Virus record (IMG/VR): IMGVR_UViG_3300029288_000100
Coordinates: 32,001 to 96,000 of that record
DNA from: a virus
Taxonomy: Duplodnaviria > Caudoviricetes
Direction: 5' to 3' (one strand)
DNA: 64,000 nucleotides
In this document: in pieces, positions 16,453 to 26,446 of the stretch
How the letters are laid out: every line of letters begins with the position of its first letter
Numbering within the stretch: the stretch's first letter is position 1
The notes under the pieces: generated by a model
Told to the model about the DNA's origin: nothing
Database searches by the model: none
The model's input: only the letters and a program-made list of their open reading frames with translations
Translations under genes and position numbers: made by a program

Positions 16453-16884
16453 TCAGCTCTTGCTCTGTGGATTGGCCGGGAGGAGGTACTTTCCGAGGAG
16501 GCTCCAGAGCCCGGCGGCGCCGGCCCCCTGCACGAGCGCGGAAAGCAGAGCCTCGTGCCAGACCACCCCGGAGGCGAGCGATGTGAACAGCTGGGTCAGC
16601 AGCCCCAGCGCGACCGCGATCCACGGGATGGCTTGGGTGGGCAGCCTCCGCGCGAGGAGGGGGACGCGGTTGAGACCCCATGTTGCCAGCATCGTCAGGA
16701 ACGCGATCCCGAGGAACCACTTCCCACCCTTGAAGGCGTCGACGACTCCATCGAGGAGTGCGCCGGCATCATCGGGGTTCACCTGGACCTCGACGGTGGT
16801 TGAGGTCGGGGTCTCTGCTGGGGCGGGCGTCGCCGCACACAGGCACATCAGGACGAACATCGCTGAGACGAGCTTCTTGATCAT
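16453..16884 (-). CDS. Holin-like multi-TM protein
   Basis: 3-4 hydrophobic segments; directly downstream of the tail fibre gene. Confidence 0.55.
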   Translation of the reverse strand: MIKKLVSAMFVLMCLCAATPAPAETPTSTTVEVQVNPDDAGALLDGVVDAFKGGKWFLGIAFLTMLATWGLNRVPLLARRLPTQAIPWIAVALGLLTQLFTSLASGVVWHEALLSALVQGAGAAGLWSLLGKYLLPANPQSKS

Positions 16885-16970
16885 GGGTCACCTCACACAC
16901 CCAGTGGAGCGCGGTGTGAGCGGTGCCCGCCAAACAGAATGAACGAATTCCAGGTGGGAACAGCCGAGGA

Positions 16971-19361
16971 TCAGGACACGTTGTTGCCGCTGTTCCCGTG
17001 AACCGCCGTCTCGTCCCAGGTCGACCAGTAATCGAGGAGGAGACGGTGGTTCCCGGTTGCCGCGGTTAAGGTCTGCACCTGCGCCTCGAGACTCCAGCGG
17101 TTCGCGTCCGCAGCAAGGTTGATTGCATCCGGGATCGCGGTGGTGAGGTCGATCGAATCTGAGGCCAACTTCGTCCCGAGCCAGAATCCGACCTCCGTCG
17201 CCGTGATGAAGGCGAGGTAGAAGTTTCGGTAGTCGACGGCCCCGGCGACGCCGGTATTCACCTCGACCTCATTCGCGCCGTCCGTGCAGTAGAACCGCCA
17301 GTTCGGAGACGCCGCCGGGTCGCGCTGGAACCCGATCCTGATGTTCGTCCCCTCCACCACCAGCCCGAGGAACGCCCACTGGCTGTCGAGGCTCGCGAGC
17401 GCCGCGCGGAAAAAGGCGCGCGGGCGGTAGACCCCTGTCCGCAGCGAGACGGTGTCCGGACCGTTCAGGATCGCCTGGTCGAGGAGCCCGTCTCCAGAGA
17501 TGAGCTCGACGATCCCACCAGCCCCGGCTACATCGGGGAGGATCCGGACGTTCCCCCCAGCACCGATGCTGGTCACTGTCGCTTTGAACTGCGGAGGTGC
17601 CTGTGTCGCCAGCTGCCAGTTCTCTGCGCGGTAGTGGAAGTCATCCTCATAGAAGTGCCCGCGCGCGATCCGCCCGTAGGCGTCGAAGACGACGGGCACG
17701 AACCCGTTCGAGTCGACGACGCGCCCGACGATGCCACCCGGGATCAGCCCGTTAACGGAGGAGCCGTCGAGGTTCAAGCCGATCCCCAGGTCCTTCTCCG
17801 GGGAGACCCCGGCGTAGTCCGGCTGGAGGGTCAGCTCACGGAACTCCCCATGCCCCTTATTGTTGAACGCGCTCCCGCGCGTCACCGACCCCTTGACGCT
17901 CCCGTCGTCGTAGAACTCGGCGCTCGCCGCTGCGGCGTTCGGGAAGAACCGGTGTGCGGCTGTCCCGGCGCCCCCGACGTTGCCACCCGCGCTGCACGCC
18001 CCGCGGAGTCCCTCGCTTCTCGGTGCGGCGGCAGCAAAGCCCTCGCCCGCGCTCCACGACGCAGCGCGCAGGAAGCTCACTTCTCCCGACTCGCCAGCGG
18101 CGAACGCGGCGAGCGTGCCGTCCCGGTTCCGGAGCGTCACGGTGTCGGCGTCGTCGACCGCCCCGAGGAGGTAGAGTCCATCTGCGGAGACGGTTCCATC
18201 GACCCGGGCGAGATCACACGCGGGTGACAGCCCCGCGGCGGTGAGGTCGAGTGCCCCGCCCCGAGTGAGGTCAAGCTTCCCATCTGCCAGGGTGTCGCAG
18301 TTCTCTCGGGCGAGCAGCACGTCACCGGCTTTCGACAACGCACGCAGACCCGCGAGAGTGACGCCATCCGTCTCGCGCGCAAGGATCTCCGCGGCGATCC
18401 CGTGCGCCTCCGTCGACCCCAGCCGACTCACGCGGAGTGCGGCGCCGTCGACGTCGCCCGAGCTCGCGCCCTCAGAGGCGATCTCGACGGCCCCGGCGTC
18501 GACGAGGACTGTCCGCCCGCTCCCGCCCCCGAGGCTTCCATCGTAGGCGGTGTCGAGGGTCGGCGTCAGCCCCGAGGTCACATCCACCTGGTCCGCGCTG
18601 TTGAAGTTGGCCGGGCCGATCGCCCCGCCGGTACCCGTGAGGATGGTCAGGAAAGCGTATGCCGCTTCAGCGCGGAGATCAGTGTTGCGTCGCACCGTGA
18701 GCCCGGTCGCGGCGACCTGGTAGTCCGCGGGCGTCGTCGAGGCGGAGCCGCCCGGCTGCCCGAGGAGCCCGCTCGTGGTGATGATGTTGTGCCCATCCGA
18801 CCAGGCCACAACCAGGTCCCGCTCGATCGCGACCGCCTCCACCCCATGCCGCGGAGCTCGAAGCCAGACGGTGACCCGGCGCCCGGCATGCGAGACACCT
18901 GCCTCGAAGACGGAGTCCACATCGATCTCGAGCACACCTGCACCCTCGACGACAGAGGTGGGATCCGCGACGACTCCGATCCGGTCCTCCAGGAAGTTGT
19001 AGTGGTAGAGTCCCGTCCGGGGGTTCCGGACGACCTCATACGGGATCAGGCAGTGCTTGGCGGCGATGTAGTAGGCCACACCGAGGGCGTTCTCACACGC
19101 GATCTGCTCGGCGTCCGCCGCGGTGGGGGACATCAGGTAACCGTCCCCATCGAGCATCTCCTTGGGGAGGTTGTCGACCTTGAAGGCGTTGGCGCCGTCC
19201 CCGTCGAACTCGGCGACCCCGAAGACGCCCCTGCGGCTACCCCAGACACGGTGCGCGATCGCGAGGAGCTGGTTGCTGAGATAGTCGAGGAGGCCCGTGC
19301 TGAAGGCCTCTTGCGGCAGGTGCCGCTTATCAGCCATGTCTGTTCGCTTGTCGCCCGTCAT
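16971..19361 (-). CDS. Tail fibre / receptor-binding protein
   Basis: Follows the baseplate genes; Gly/Ala-rich beta segments, TLDTAYDG motif, lectin-like C-terminus; SD AAGGAGG before ATG 19361. Confidence 0.65.
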   Translation of the reverse strand: MTGDKRTDMADKRHLPQEAFSTGLLDYLSNQLLAIAHRVWGSRRGVFGVAEFDGDGANAFKVDNLPKEMLDGDGYLMSPTAADAEQIACENALGVAYYIAAKHCLIPYEVVRNPRTGLYHYNFLEDRIGVVADPTSVVEGAGVLEIDVDSVFEAGVSHAGRRVTVWLRAPRHGVEAVAIERDLVVAWSDGHNIITTSGLLGQPGGSASTTPADYQVAATGLTVRRNTDLRAEAAYAFLTILTGTGGAIGPANFNSADQVDVTSGLTPTLDTAYDGSLGGGSGRTVLVDAGAVEIASEGASSGDVDGAALRVSRLGSTEAHGIAAEILARETDGVTLAGLRALSKAGDVLLARENCDTLADGKLDLTRGGALDLTAAGLSPACDLARVDGTVSADGLYLLGAVDDADTVTLRNRDGTLAAFAAGESGEVSFLRAASWSAGEGFAAAAPRSEGLRGACSAGGNVGGAGTAAHRFFPNAAAASAEFYDDGSVKGSVTRGSAFNNKGHGEFRELTLQPDYAGVSPEKDLGIGLNLDGSSVNGLIPGGIVGRVVDSNGFVPVVFDAYGRIARGHFYEDDFHYRAENWQLATQAPPQFKATVTSIGAGGNVRILPDVAGAGGIVELISGDGLLDQAILNGPDTVSLRTGVYRPRAFFRAALASLDSQWAFLGLVVEGTNIRIGFQRDPAASPNWRFYCTDGANEVEVNTGVAGAVDYRNFYLAFITATEVGFWLGTKLASDSIDLTTAIPDAINLAADANRWSLEAQVQTLTAATGNHRLLLDYWSTWDETAVHGNSGNNVS

Positions 19362-19374
19362 CAGATCACCTCCT

Positions 19375-22300
19375 TTAGCGCGGGACCTCGGGTCCCACGC
19401 GCACGAAGTCCATGGGGTTGGGGTCGACCTGCACATAGCGGCAGGTCAGGGTCTGCCCCGCGGCGCACGCTAGCCCGACGTGTCCTGCAGCGGGTACCCC
19501 CGCGACGTCGGCTGCGAGCAGCTGGCGGCCGTCAAGCAGCGCCCTCGCTCGCGTGGACCCTGCAATCTGGATCACCTCGAGCGAGAGCACTGACTCCACC
19601 TCCAGCCGCGGTGCTGGGAGGACGACGCTCACTTCGACTGTCCGCACGCCGGCCGCGACCTTCTCGAGGGAGAGCGTTGCCGCCGACGCACCCGAGGGCG
19701 TCAGGCGGGCGGCGAGGAGGTTGCTCTCGTCCTGCACGCGCCCGCGAACCTCCCACCAGTGGTTCAGGACCAGGCTCTCTGGGGTCAGGCGCGCAGAGAC
19801 AGCGACGTCCGCCCAGAGGTGGTCTCCAGGTTCGTCGCACTCCGCCGCGGCCGCGCCCGACATCGTCAGCGTGCCCGCTTCGCGGTCCTGCACCACCGTG
19901 CCGGAGACCGCAACCCAGGTCTCTGCCCTCCGCCAGGTCTCGATGAGCAGCGGGAAGCGCAGGTAGATTCGTTCGTTCACCCGGCGCATCACCCCGCAGA
20001 TCTCAGCGACGAGCTCGCGGTCGAGCGTTCTGTCCGGGTCGGGAACAAGAACGTCGATCAAGTACTCGTCAGGGTCCAGCCCCACATGGTAGCTGCTCGG
20101 CAAGCCGGACGGTGCCGCGAGTCCGAAGTAATCGGTCAGACAGAAGTACTTCTCAGCGACGGCGTCCCAGTGGGCAAAGCTCTCTCGCGTCAGGCGCGCC
20201 TCCAGGGAGCGCACACGCACCGGGCGGTCTACACCCGGTGTCGTCCCGAGGAGGGAGGTCAGCTCAAAGCGGAGTCGGTCCGTCAGGACCTGTGCGACTA
20301 CGTCAGGTGGTGCGGAGACGCGCGAGACGGGTGCGCGAGGGAGCCACGCACTCGCCCCCGGCGTCACTGGCAAGCCGAGCTCGACCTCTCCCTCGATCCC
20401 ACGCCACCGGAACCACGGCAGCACGAGCACCTGACGTCCGAGGAATGCGCGCAAGGTGCGTTGCAGTCCGGCGTCCGTGCCGCGGGTTCTCCAAGCACGG
20501 ACAGCCAGCTTAGCGAGCGCACGGAGTTTGTCGGCGGTCAGGCGGCCCACGATCTGACTCATCGCCGTGTCGAGGCCGAGCACTGGCACGAGGTGCCGGA
20601 GCGCCTGGTCTGGGGTGAGGTCGAGGTCCTGGAGCTCGAGCAACCGGGCCGCGTTGACGTAGATCTGCTCATACTCCGCCTGTGGACCGGTGAGCCAGCG
20701 TCGGAGGAGTCCTCCCCCATCTTCTGTCTGGTCAGCGTCACGGATGCTCTGGATGAGGTACGAGTAGATGTCCTTTTCCCATGTCCCGGGGGAGATGAAC
20801 TTGATGGTGCTCGCCGCGAGGACAGTGCCCGCGAGATCAGTGATACTCATGTGTCCTCCATCGGTGAGAACCCGGAACTGGAAGGTGTTCGAGAGGACGT
20901 TCGGTGGTTCCGCGTTGTCTTCCGCGTAGCACTCGACGGTGATGTATTTCCCTTTCGGGTAGGCCGCGTCCGGCGTGACTATGTAGCGCTTTCCATTCGG
21001 GACGTCGAAGATGAGTACGGTAAACCCCGTCTGAGCTGCACCGTTCAGGACCGCGTAGGTGCCATTCAGGGCAAGGTCGACACTGCTCAGCTTCAGGCCG
21101 GAGTCCGGATCTTGGATGTCCACCACGACGGTTGGGCGCTGAGGGTTCCCGCTCGAGTCAATTACGGGGGAGATCACGGTCAGAACAGGAGCAGTCAAGT
21201 CGAGGGACGCCGGTGGAAGCTCCGCCAGCACCTGGAACGGAACCACCGAGGACAAGATGGGAGCGACTCCAGCGATACCGTTCCGCCACTGAACGGTCAG
21301 GGTACGTGCCCCCGCTGTCAGGGCCGCAGGGAAGGAGACAGTTCGATAGTCAAACTTCCCAGTGCCAGACGCACCCTCGACGAACCCGCGCACCTCATCC
21401 TGGAGAACGATTTCTTCTGGAGTACCCTGGTCGACGAGCAGTCGAAAGACCGCCGAGGAGGAGTTGCGTGCCAATCCACAGACCAGCTTCAGGATGTGGT
21501 CACCACTGATGCTGAGGTTAAACGGTACACTTGTGAGCGAGGCGTGGATATCGTGGTAGGCCAGATCGGCAGGTCCCACCGGGACTGCTGGGTATGCCTG
21601 GATTATCTCCTGCGCATCAGGGGTCCGTCTGGCGATCAGCTGAACCCAGTTATAGCTGTCCATGACCACACTGGACGTCCCACCGTTCGACTTCCACTGG
21701 AGCGTAGCAGTGTGTGCGCCAGAGCTCAGGTTGGCGAACGCGAAGGAAGTCACATACGACATCGATGGTCCATGCCCGGACGACCACCAATAGCTGAAGC
21801 ACTGGAAGAGATCGTCGTCCTCGATGACAGTCTCACCAGGGAGTCCGCGGTCGAGCACGATCCTGTACGTCCAGTAGGCACTTGATTCGATACTGACGTA
21901 CCCGGAGGTCATCAGCTGAAGCTCGTAGCGGTCCCCACGTGTCACCGTGAATGGGACCTCAGTCAGTGCCGGGTCGATGTCCTCCCAGTCAACGGTACCC
22001 AAGGACTGGGTGCCTGGAATCGCGTCCAGCATGGTGATTCGATCTGATAGGTAGCTCAGGAGCTGCCCGGTCACTGTGAAGGAGCTGGTCGTCCAGACCG
22101 CGATCGTTTTCAGTGAACGATCCCACTGAAGCGTGCAGGTGTGCCCCCCCGCCGTCAGTGTAAGAGCGAATGAGACAGTCTTGTTGCATCGGTTGGTGCA
22201 GCCGAGGGGGACGTAGAACTGCGTCCGCCCGTCCCCTCCGAGGGTCTGTTCTCCGGGAAGTCCCCTGTCGACGATGATCTTGACGTTCCCCACCGCGGCT

Positions 22301-22470
22301 TGATAGGTGCTCCCGAGGGTGAGGGTGGCGAGGATGTCGTAGGTTCCTGCTACGGTCACTGTGAAGGGAACGTCGCTCAGGTTCCCGTCGATATCCTCCC
22401 ATCCAGCCACCGCCTTGGTGTGGTTGGCTGCCGGCTGGGCGTTCAGGAGCGTTAGGTCCATACCGGACAC
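19375..22470 (-). CDS. Multidomain baseplate/tail protein (three repeated jelly-roll-like domains + Ig-like + P2 gpI/gp7-like wedge domain + lectin-like end)
   Basis: Three WEDI/YHDI...VPF...DRG-P-E...GxHT-TLQW repeats; LDLTPDQALRHL...AWRTRGTDAGL resembles Tail_P2_I. Confidence 0.65.
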   Translation of the reverse strand: MSGMDLTLLNAQPAANHTKAVAGWEDIDGNLSDVPFTVTVAGTYDILATLTLGSTYQAAVGNVKIIVDRGLPGEQTLGGDGRTQFYVPLGCTNRCNKTVSFALTLTAGGHTCTLQWDRSLKTIAVWTTSSFTVTGQLLSYLSDRITMLDAIPGTQSLGTVDWEDIDPALTEVPFTVTRGDRYELQLMTSGYVSIESSAYWTYRIVLDRGLPGETVIEDDDLFQCFSYWWSSGHGPSMSYVTSFAFANLSSGAHTATLQWKSNGGTSSVVMDSYNWVQLIARRTPDAQEIIQAYPAVPVGPADLAYHDIHASLTSVPFNLSISGDHILKLVCGLARNSSSAVFRLLVDQGTPEEIVLQDEVRGFVEGASGTGKFDYRTVSFPAALTAGARTLTVQWRNGIAGVAPILSSVVPFQVLAELPPASLDLTAPVLTVISPVIDSSGNPQRPTVVVDIQDPDSGLKLSSVDLALNGTYAVLNGAAQTGFTVLIFDVPNGKRYIVTPDAAYPKGKYITVECYAEDNAEPPNVLSNTFQFRVLTDGGHMSITDLAGTVLAASTIKFISPGTWEKDIYSYLIQSIRDADQTEDGGGLLRRWLTGPQAEYEQIYVNAARLLELQDLDLTPDQALRHLVPVLGLDTAMSQIVGRLTADKLRALAKLAVRAWRTRGTDAGLQRTLRAFLGRQVLVLPWFRWRGIEGEVELGLPVTPGASAWLPRAPVSRVSAPPDVVAQVLTDRLRFELTSLLGTTPGVDRPVRVRSLEARLTRESFAHWDAVAEKYFCLTDYFGLAAPSGLPSSYHVGLDPDEYLIDVLVPDPDRTLDRELVAEICGVMRRVNERIYLRFPLLIETWRRAETWVAVSGTVVQDREAGTLTMSGAAAAECDEPGDHLWADVAVSARLTPESLVLNHWWEVRGRVQDESNLLAARLTPSGASAATLSLEKVAAGVRTVEVSVVLPAPRLEVESVLSLEVIQIAGSTRARALLDGRQLLAADVAGVPAAGHVGLACAAGQTLTCRYVQVDPNPMDFVRVGPEVPR

Positions 22471-22540
22471 TTTCGCGTCGGTGGGGTGATGATAACTGGA
22501 GCGGCGCCGGCGGCGTGGGCAAGCTCACAGTGGGTGATGC

Positions 22541-22771
22541 TCATGCTCCCTCCACTCTGAGTCGATAGGTGTGCCACTCCTGCTGGCGCGTCGTCGTCAC
22601 GAGGACCGTATCGGCGGTGAGCCGTCGCACCCGCACCGCCCGCAGGTCGTCTGAGAAGACGTAGCGACTGGGGTCGCAGAGGTCCTGGTTGAGAAGCATC
22701 GCGGTGGAAAAGGTCACTCGCACAGTGTGCTCGTCGAGTGACTCGGCGACTAGCACTGTCGGTTCAGTCAT
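22541..22771 (-). CDS. Small Ig-like structural protein
   Basis: VRVTFS...Y...VTTTRQ...YRLRV beta pattern within the baseplate cluster. Confidence 0.55.
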   Translation of the reverse strand: MTEPTVLVAESLDEHTVRVTFSTAMLLNQDLCDPSRYVFSDDLRAVRVRRLTADTVLVTTTRQQEWHTYRLRVEGA

Positions 22772-22813
22772 TGAGTGCAGATCTCCATAAGCATCCCACC
22801 CTGCAAACTGCTC

Positions 22814-25297
22814 CTAGCTCGGTGCACGGAGCTGCACGACGAGCGCGCTTGCGTCGAGGAACGGCAGCTCCTCCTCGGTCAGGTCGAGATCCACAGTCGG
22901 TGAGAGCACGTCGACGTCGAAGACGTTCCCCGGGGATAACCCGAACACCTCAGCAGCGATCCGGGAGAGTGCTACGCGCCCCCCGAAGCGCCACACCCAC
23001 GCAGTCCCCGTGCTCGTGCGCGCTGTGGGCGACAGGAACGTCGCGAGTGCCTGCCGAACCGCGGCCTCGGTGAGCGCGGAAGTGCACTCGATCGAGACGG
23101 TGGGGGTCAGCACGCGGGGTGTGAAATTGACGACAGTCACCTCTACGTTGGTCGCGCCGACGCCCGCCTCCCCGGTGTCTGGGTCCCCGTTGAAGTAGCG
23201 CTCGAGCTCGTCCTTCAGCTCCGCGGAGATCCCGACGCCGCGCGTCCCGACCACAATCAGCTTGATCGTCTTCGGTCCGAAGCCCTCCTCCACCGCCTTC
23301 GCGCGAACCACGGGTCGCGTGCCCGCCGAGGAGCGCCACGCAATCGCGAGCGCTTCGTAGTCCTCCGGGGCGCAGGCCCTCCGCTGCGCCCGCAGGAGTG
23401 CGGGGGCGAGCTCCTTGGCGCGCGTGAGCGCCTGCTCACTGGCTCCGTCAGCCTCGCGCCACCCAGACGCTGCGCGCGGGTTGGTCACGGACTTCACGAG
23501 GGCGGGGCCGTCGGAGTTCACGACGACTGTTCCTGCGCCGACGTTTCCGTCTTGGTTCGCGTCGACCCGATACGTGAAGCGGAGGTTGTCGATCCCGAGC
23601 GGGGGGACCCTCCCCCGTGTTCCGTCGCCGAACCGTACCGTCAGGTTGCCCTCAGCGTCCTGCCGGACCTCGAAGACTCGGTCACGCGGGCCCGCGGCCG
23701 CGAGCAGCTCTCCGCTCTGGGTCAGGTTTTCCCACTCCACATCCCCTCCGCCCTCGTCCACGTAGACCCGCACGCTGTCGCGCAGCCCCGGGGCTGTGGC
23801 GAGAGGGAACTCCTGCGCCGGCAGCCCGGACGATGACGCTGGTGGTTCAGCAGTCACGCTCCGCCCCTGGGTCCCCTCGAGGAGCACGAACTGCCGTCCA
23901 CCGTCGATCTTCAGGCGGTCGATCACTGGGCCCGTTGCCACTGGCAGGAGCGCCGTGACCCGGAAGCGGACGAACCACCCCTCCACGCCGCCGATCGCGA
24001 CCTTGGACCAGTTGCGGCGGAGGTTCTGTGGCACGGGCTCCAGCGGGTCCCCGTCCGGTGTCAGCGTGTTGAAGGAGACGTCGCCGTCGACAGTGAGGTT
24101 GCTCGTTCCGTCGACCTGACCCGGGATCACGTTCCAGTCGCACCCGACCGCGTAGTCCTCCGGGCGGGTCGAGGGAGACCCGCTCTGCCCGAGGTAGGTC
24201 GCCGAGTCGACGACGTTCTTGCCGCCTGACCAGGTGCTCTCACGGAGCTCACAGGTGCCGGTCGGCAGGTGCGTGACCCTCACCAGCGCGCCCCGCACGT
24301 CGACGGAACCGAGGAGCGTCGTCAGCTCGAACCGGAGCGAGCCGCCGCTGTCCGTCACCGCGTCAGGCGCTTCGTCAGAGCGCTCAGGGTCGAAGTACTC
24401 CCAGACGCCGGTCACGCCGACTGCTGGGGTCTCGAGCTCCACGCGGAGCCTCTCGAACAGGATGTGCGCCGAGCCAACGTAGAGCTTGTCCCCCACGTGC
24501 GGCGCGCTCCATGGCGTCCAGCTCGGGGCGCCGTCTGCGTTCACCTCGGTCGCGCCGTTCGCGGTCCGCGCGCGGATGCGCCACGAGAGCCCGGCCTCCG
24601 CGACGAATAGCGGAGCTTCGCCCCCCATGACTCCGGTCAGGCGCACCCGGGATACCGGCCCGGCCTGGACGATTTCCGCAATCGAGAAGACGTCGGCGTT
24701 CCCGAGGTCCGAGTCGAGCAGGTCGAGGAGCTTGCCCACGTCCGCGGTCGCCGCCGCCATCGTCACGGACTGGAGCAGCGTCGGGTCATCCGCCAGTGTC
24801 GCGCCGTCAACCCCGCTCCGATCAAGCTCCTCGCCGAACGCCGCGTCCACGACGTTCGCTGGGCCCACGTACCTCTCGTCGAGGACCTCGAAGGGGACCG
24901 CGTCAGACTCCTCCGTCCGGCGTGTCTCAAACAGCGTGGCCGCGGGGAGGAGCTGGACCGAGGTGGTCGGGACCTGTGCGAGCTCGAGCAGCAGGGAGAC
25001 CGTCGCGGGCGAGTAGTCAGCGAGGTCCAGGTCCACGTGTCGGAGGATGGCGCGCACTGACTCCGGTAGCTTCGCCGTCTCCCAGAGGTTCTCGCACGCG
25101 GCGAGGTCAGTTAGCGCGTTGCAGTAGTGCCCGACGAGCGCGAAGGTTCGTTCGAGCTGGATGAACGGCTCCTCGGCCTCCTCGGCGGTGATCTCCGGTG
25201 CCGCTGTTCGGTTGTAGCTCCGAATCCGGCGCAGCAGGTCCGCATAGTAGAAGCCTGAGAAGTCATATGAGGGGACCACGATCTTGCTGGCGCTCAT
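22814..25297 (-). CDS. Baseplate J/gp6-like wedge protein
   Basis: SSGLPAQEF, VRFGDGTRGRVP, GNVGAG, RACAPEDYEALA. Confidence 0.88.
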   Translation of the reverse strand: MSASKIVVPSYDFSGFYYADLLRRIRSYNRTAAPEITAEEAEEPFIQLERTFALVGHYCNALTDLAACENLWETAKLPESVRAILRHVDLDLADYSPATVSLLLELAQVPTTSVQLLPAATLFETRRTEESDAVPFEVLDERYVGPANVVDAAFGEELDRSGVDGATLADDPTLLQSVTMAAATADVGKLLDLLDSDLGNADVFSIAEIVQAGPVSRVRLTGVMGGEAPLFVAEAGLSWRIRARTANGATEVNADGAPSWTPWSAPHVGDKLYVGSAHILFERLRVELETPAVGVTGVWEYFDPERSDEAPDAVTDSGGSLRFELTTLLGSVDVRGALVRVTHLPTGTCELRESTWSGGKNVVDSATYLGQSGSPSTRPEDYAVGCDWNVIPGQVDGTSNLTVDGDVSFNTLTPDGDPLEPVPQNLRRNWSKVAIGGVEGWFVRFRVTALLPVATGPVIDRLKIDGGRQFVLLEGTQGRSVTAEPPASSSGLPAQEFPLATAPGLRDSVRVYVDEGGGDVEWENLTQSGELLAAAGPRDRVFEVRQDAEGNLTVRFGDGTRGRVPPLGIDNLRFTYRVDANQDGNVGAGTVVVNSDGPALVKSVTNPRAASGWREADGASEQALTRAKELAPALLRAQRRACAPEDYEALAIAWRSSAGTRPVVRAKAVEEGFGPKTIKLIVVGTRGVGISAELKDELERYFNGDPDTGEAGVGATNVEVTVVNFTPRVLTPTVSIECTSALTEAAVRQALATFLSPTARTSTGTAWVWRFGGRVALSRIAAEVFGLSPGNVFDVDVLSPTVDLDLTEEELPFLDASALVVQLRAPS

Positions 25298-25360
25298 CGT
25301 TCCCTGTCTCCGTTCGAGGACGTGTCGAGTCTATCCGCGACGACGAGTTGCGCCGCGCGC

Positions 25361-25753
25361 TCACACCCCCCGGGGTGTCCGCAGGTCGCTGCGGACCTCG
25401 TCAGCTTTGTCGGCGTCCAGGTCGACGTAGGCGACGCGCGCGACGAGCTCCTCCCGCGCGCCGGAGATACGCAGCCCGCCGTCGGGCGCCAGCTTGGCGA
25501 TCCCGTGCTCGCGGATCCGGGCGAAGAACCGCGTCACGCTGCGCCGCCCGAGCGCCAGGGCCTGGACTTCGTCGGCGAACACGACGCGTTCGTCGATGCC
25601 CAGGTCCTTCCCGTCACCGGGCTGGAACGGGTTGCGCGAGGTGTTGGGCGTCAGCCCGACCTGGATCACCTGCCGGGTGTACTCACTGCCCTGGAGGAGC
25701 TTCGCCCCGCCCCTCCCCGTGACTGTCACCGGGATGTTCATGCCTCGCGCCAT
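25361..25753 (-). CDS. gp25/GPW-like baseplate protein
   Basis: Size and position between spike and baseplate J. Confidence 0.55.
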   Translation of the reverse strand: MARGMNIPVTVTGRGGAKLLQGSEYTRQVIQVGLTPNTSRNPFQPGDGKDLGIDERVVFADEVQALALGRRSVTRFFARIREHGIAKLAPDGGLRISGAREELVARVAYVDLDADKADEVRSDLRTPRGV

Positions 25754-25762
25754 GCGTTCACC

Positions 25763-26446
25763 TCACTCCGTATTGACCTTCGTGGATAGCCAGGTGTCTT
25801 TCGCCGCCAGGAGCGCGTTGACCGCCGCGAGGTACGTCCCTGCCGCCGTCTCCTGCGTCTGCCACGCCTCCTTCAGGAGCTTGAACGCCGGGGCGAGCGG
25901 GGCGAGGACCCCGGTGGCGGCCAGCTCGAGCGCCCCGAACTGGAGCTTGTTCGCGGTGCTGTTCATGAGGATCGCCTGCACCCAGATCGCCTCCGCCTGG
26001 AGGTACTTCACGAGCTCCGCGTTGAACGTGTCTCCGCGGAGGACCGGGTGCGAGGCGTCCTCCTCTCCGAGCCGGACCTTCCCGGAGATCAGGGCGAGGA
26101 GCTGGAGCGTCCGGTCCAGCAGGAGGACGTTCTCCCCGAGCTTCAGGGCCCCCCGGTGGGCGGGGTTGGAGGCGCACTCAGACGGAATGGGGTTCTTCGC
26201 GTTGAAGAGGAAGCCCAGGACCCGCGCCGCGACCTCCTCAACCGCGCGCTCCTCGACCTCGAGTGCGCAGGTCGCGCCAGAGGGGGAGGGAAAGTACAAC
26301 CCATCCCCTCCGCCGGCGAACGGGGTGAGGACCTGCACCTGCTCGGGCAGGTCCGCCTCAAGCAGGGTGTCCGCCCGTACGGAGCGCTCACCCACCTTGC
26401 CCGCCTCACTCGAGGTCAGCCTCCCGATGTGGACCTCCCGCCTCAC
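25763..26446 (-). CDS. Baseplate spike (gpV-like)
   Basis: OB-fold-like GGGDGLYFP, VRLGE...PVLRGD, LSTKVNTE C-terminus. Confidence 0.7.
   Translation of the reverse strand: MRREVHIGRLTSSEAGKVGERSVRADTLLEADLPEQVQVLTPFAGGGDGLYFPSPSGATCALEVEERAVEEVAARVLGFLFNAKNPIPSECASNPAHRGALKLGENVLLLDRTLQLLALISGKVRLGEEDASHPVLRGDTFNAELVKYLQAEAIWVQAILMNSTANKLQFGALELAATGVLAPLAPAFKLLKEAWQTQETAAGTYLAAVNALLAAKDTWLSTKVNTE

Noticed and set aside
9625-17070. Extra CTTAAC/GTTAAG half-sites (about 9625 and 17065; also 686 and 824)
   Set aside because: Half-matches without promoter boxes in register, mostly inside coding sequence.
16971-22470. Invertible tail-fibre cassette or diversity-generating retroelement
   Set aside because: No reversed fibre segment, flanking inverted repeats, reverse transcriptase or TR/VR pair seen by eye; a self-dotplot would be decisive.
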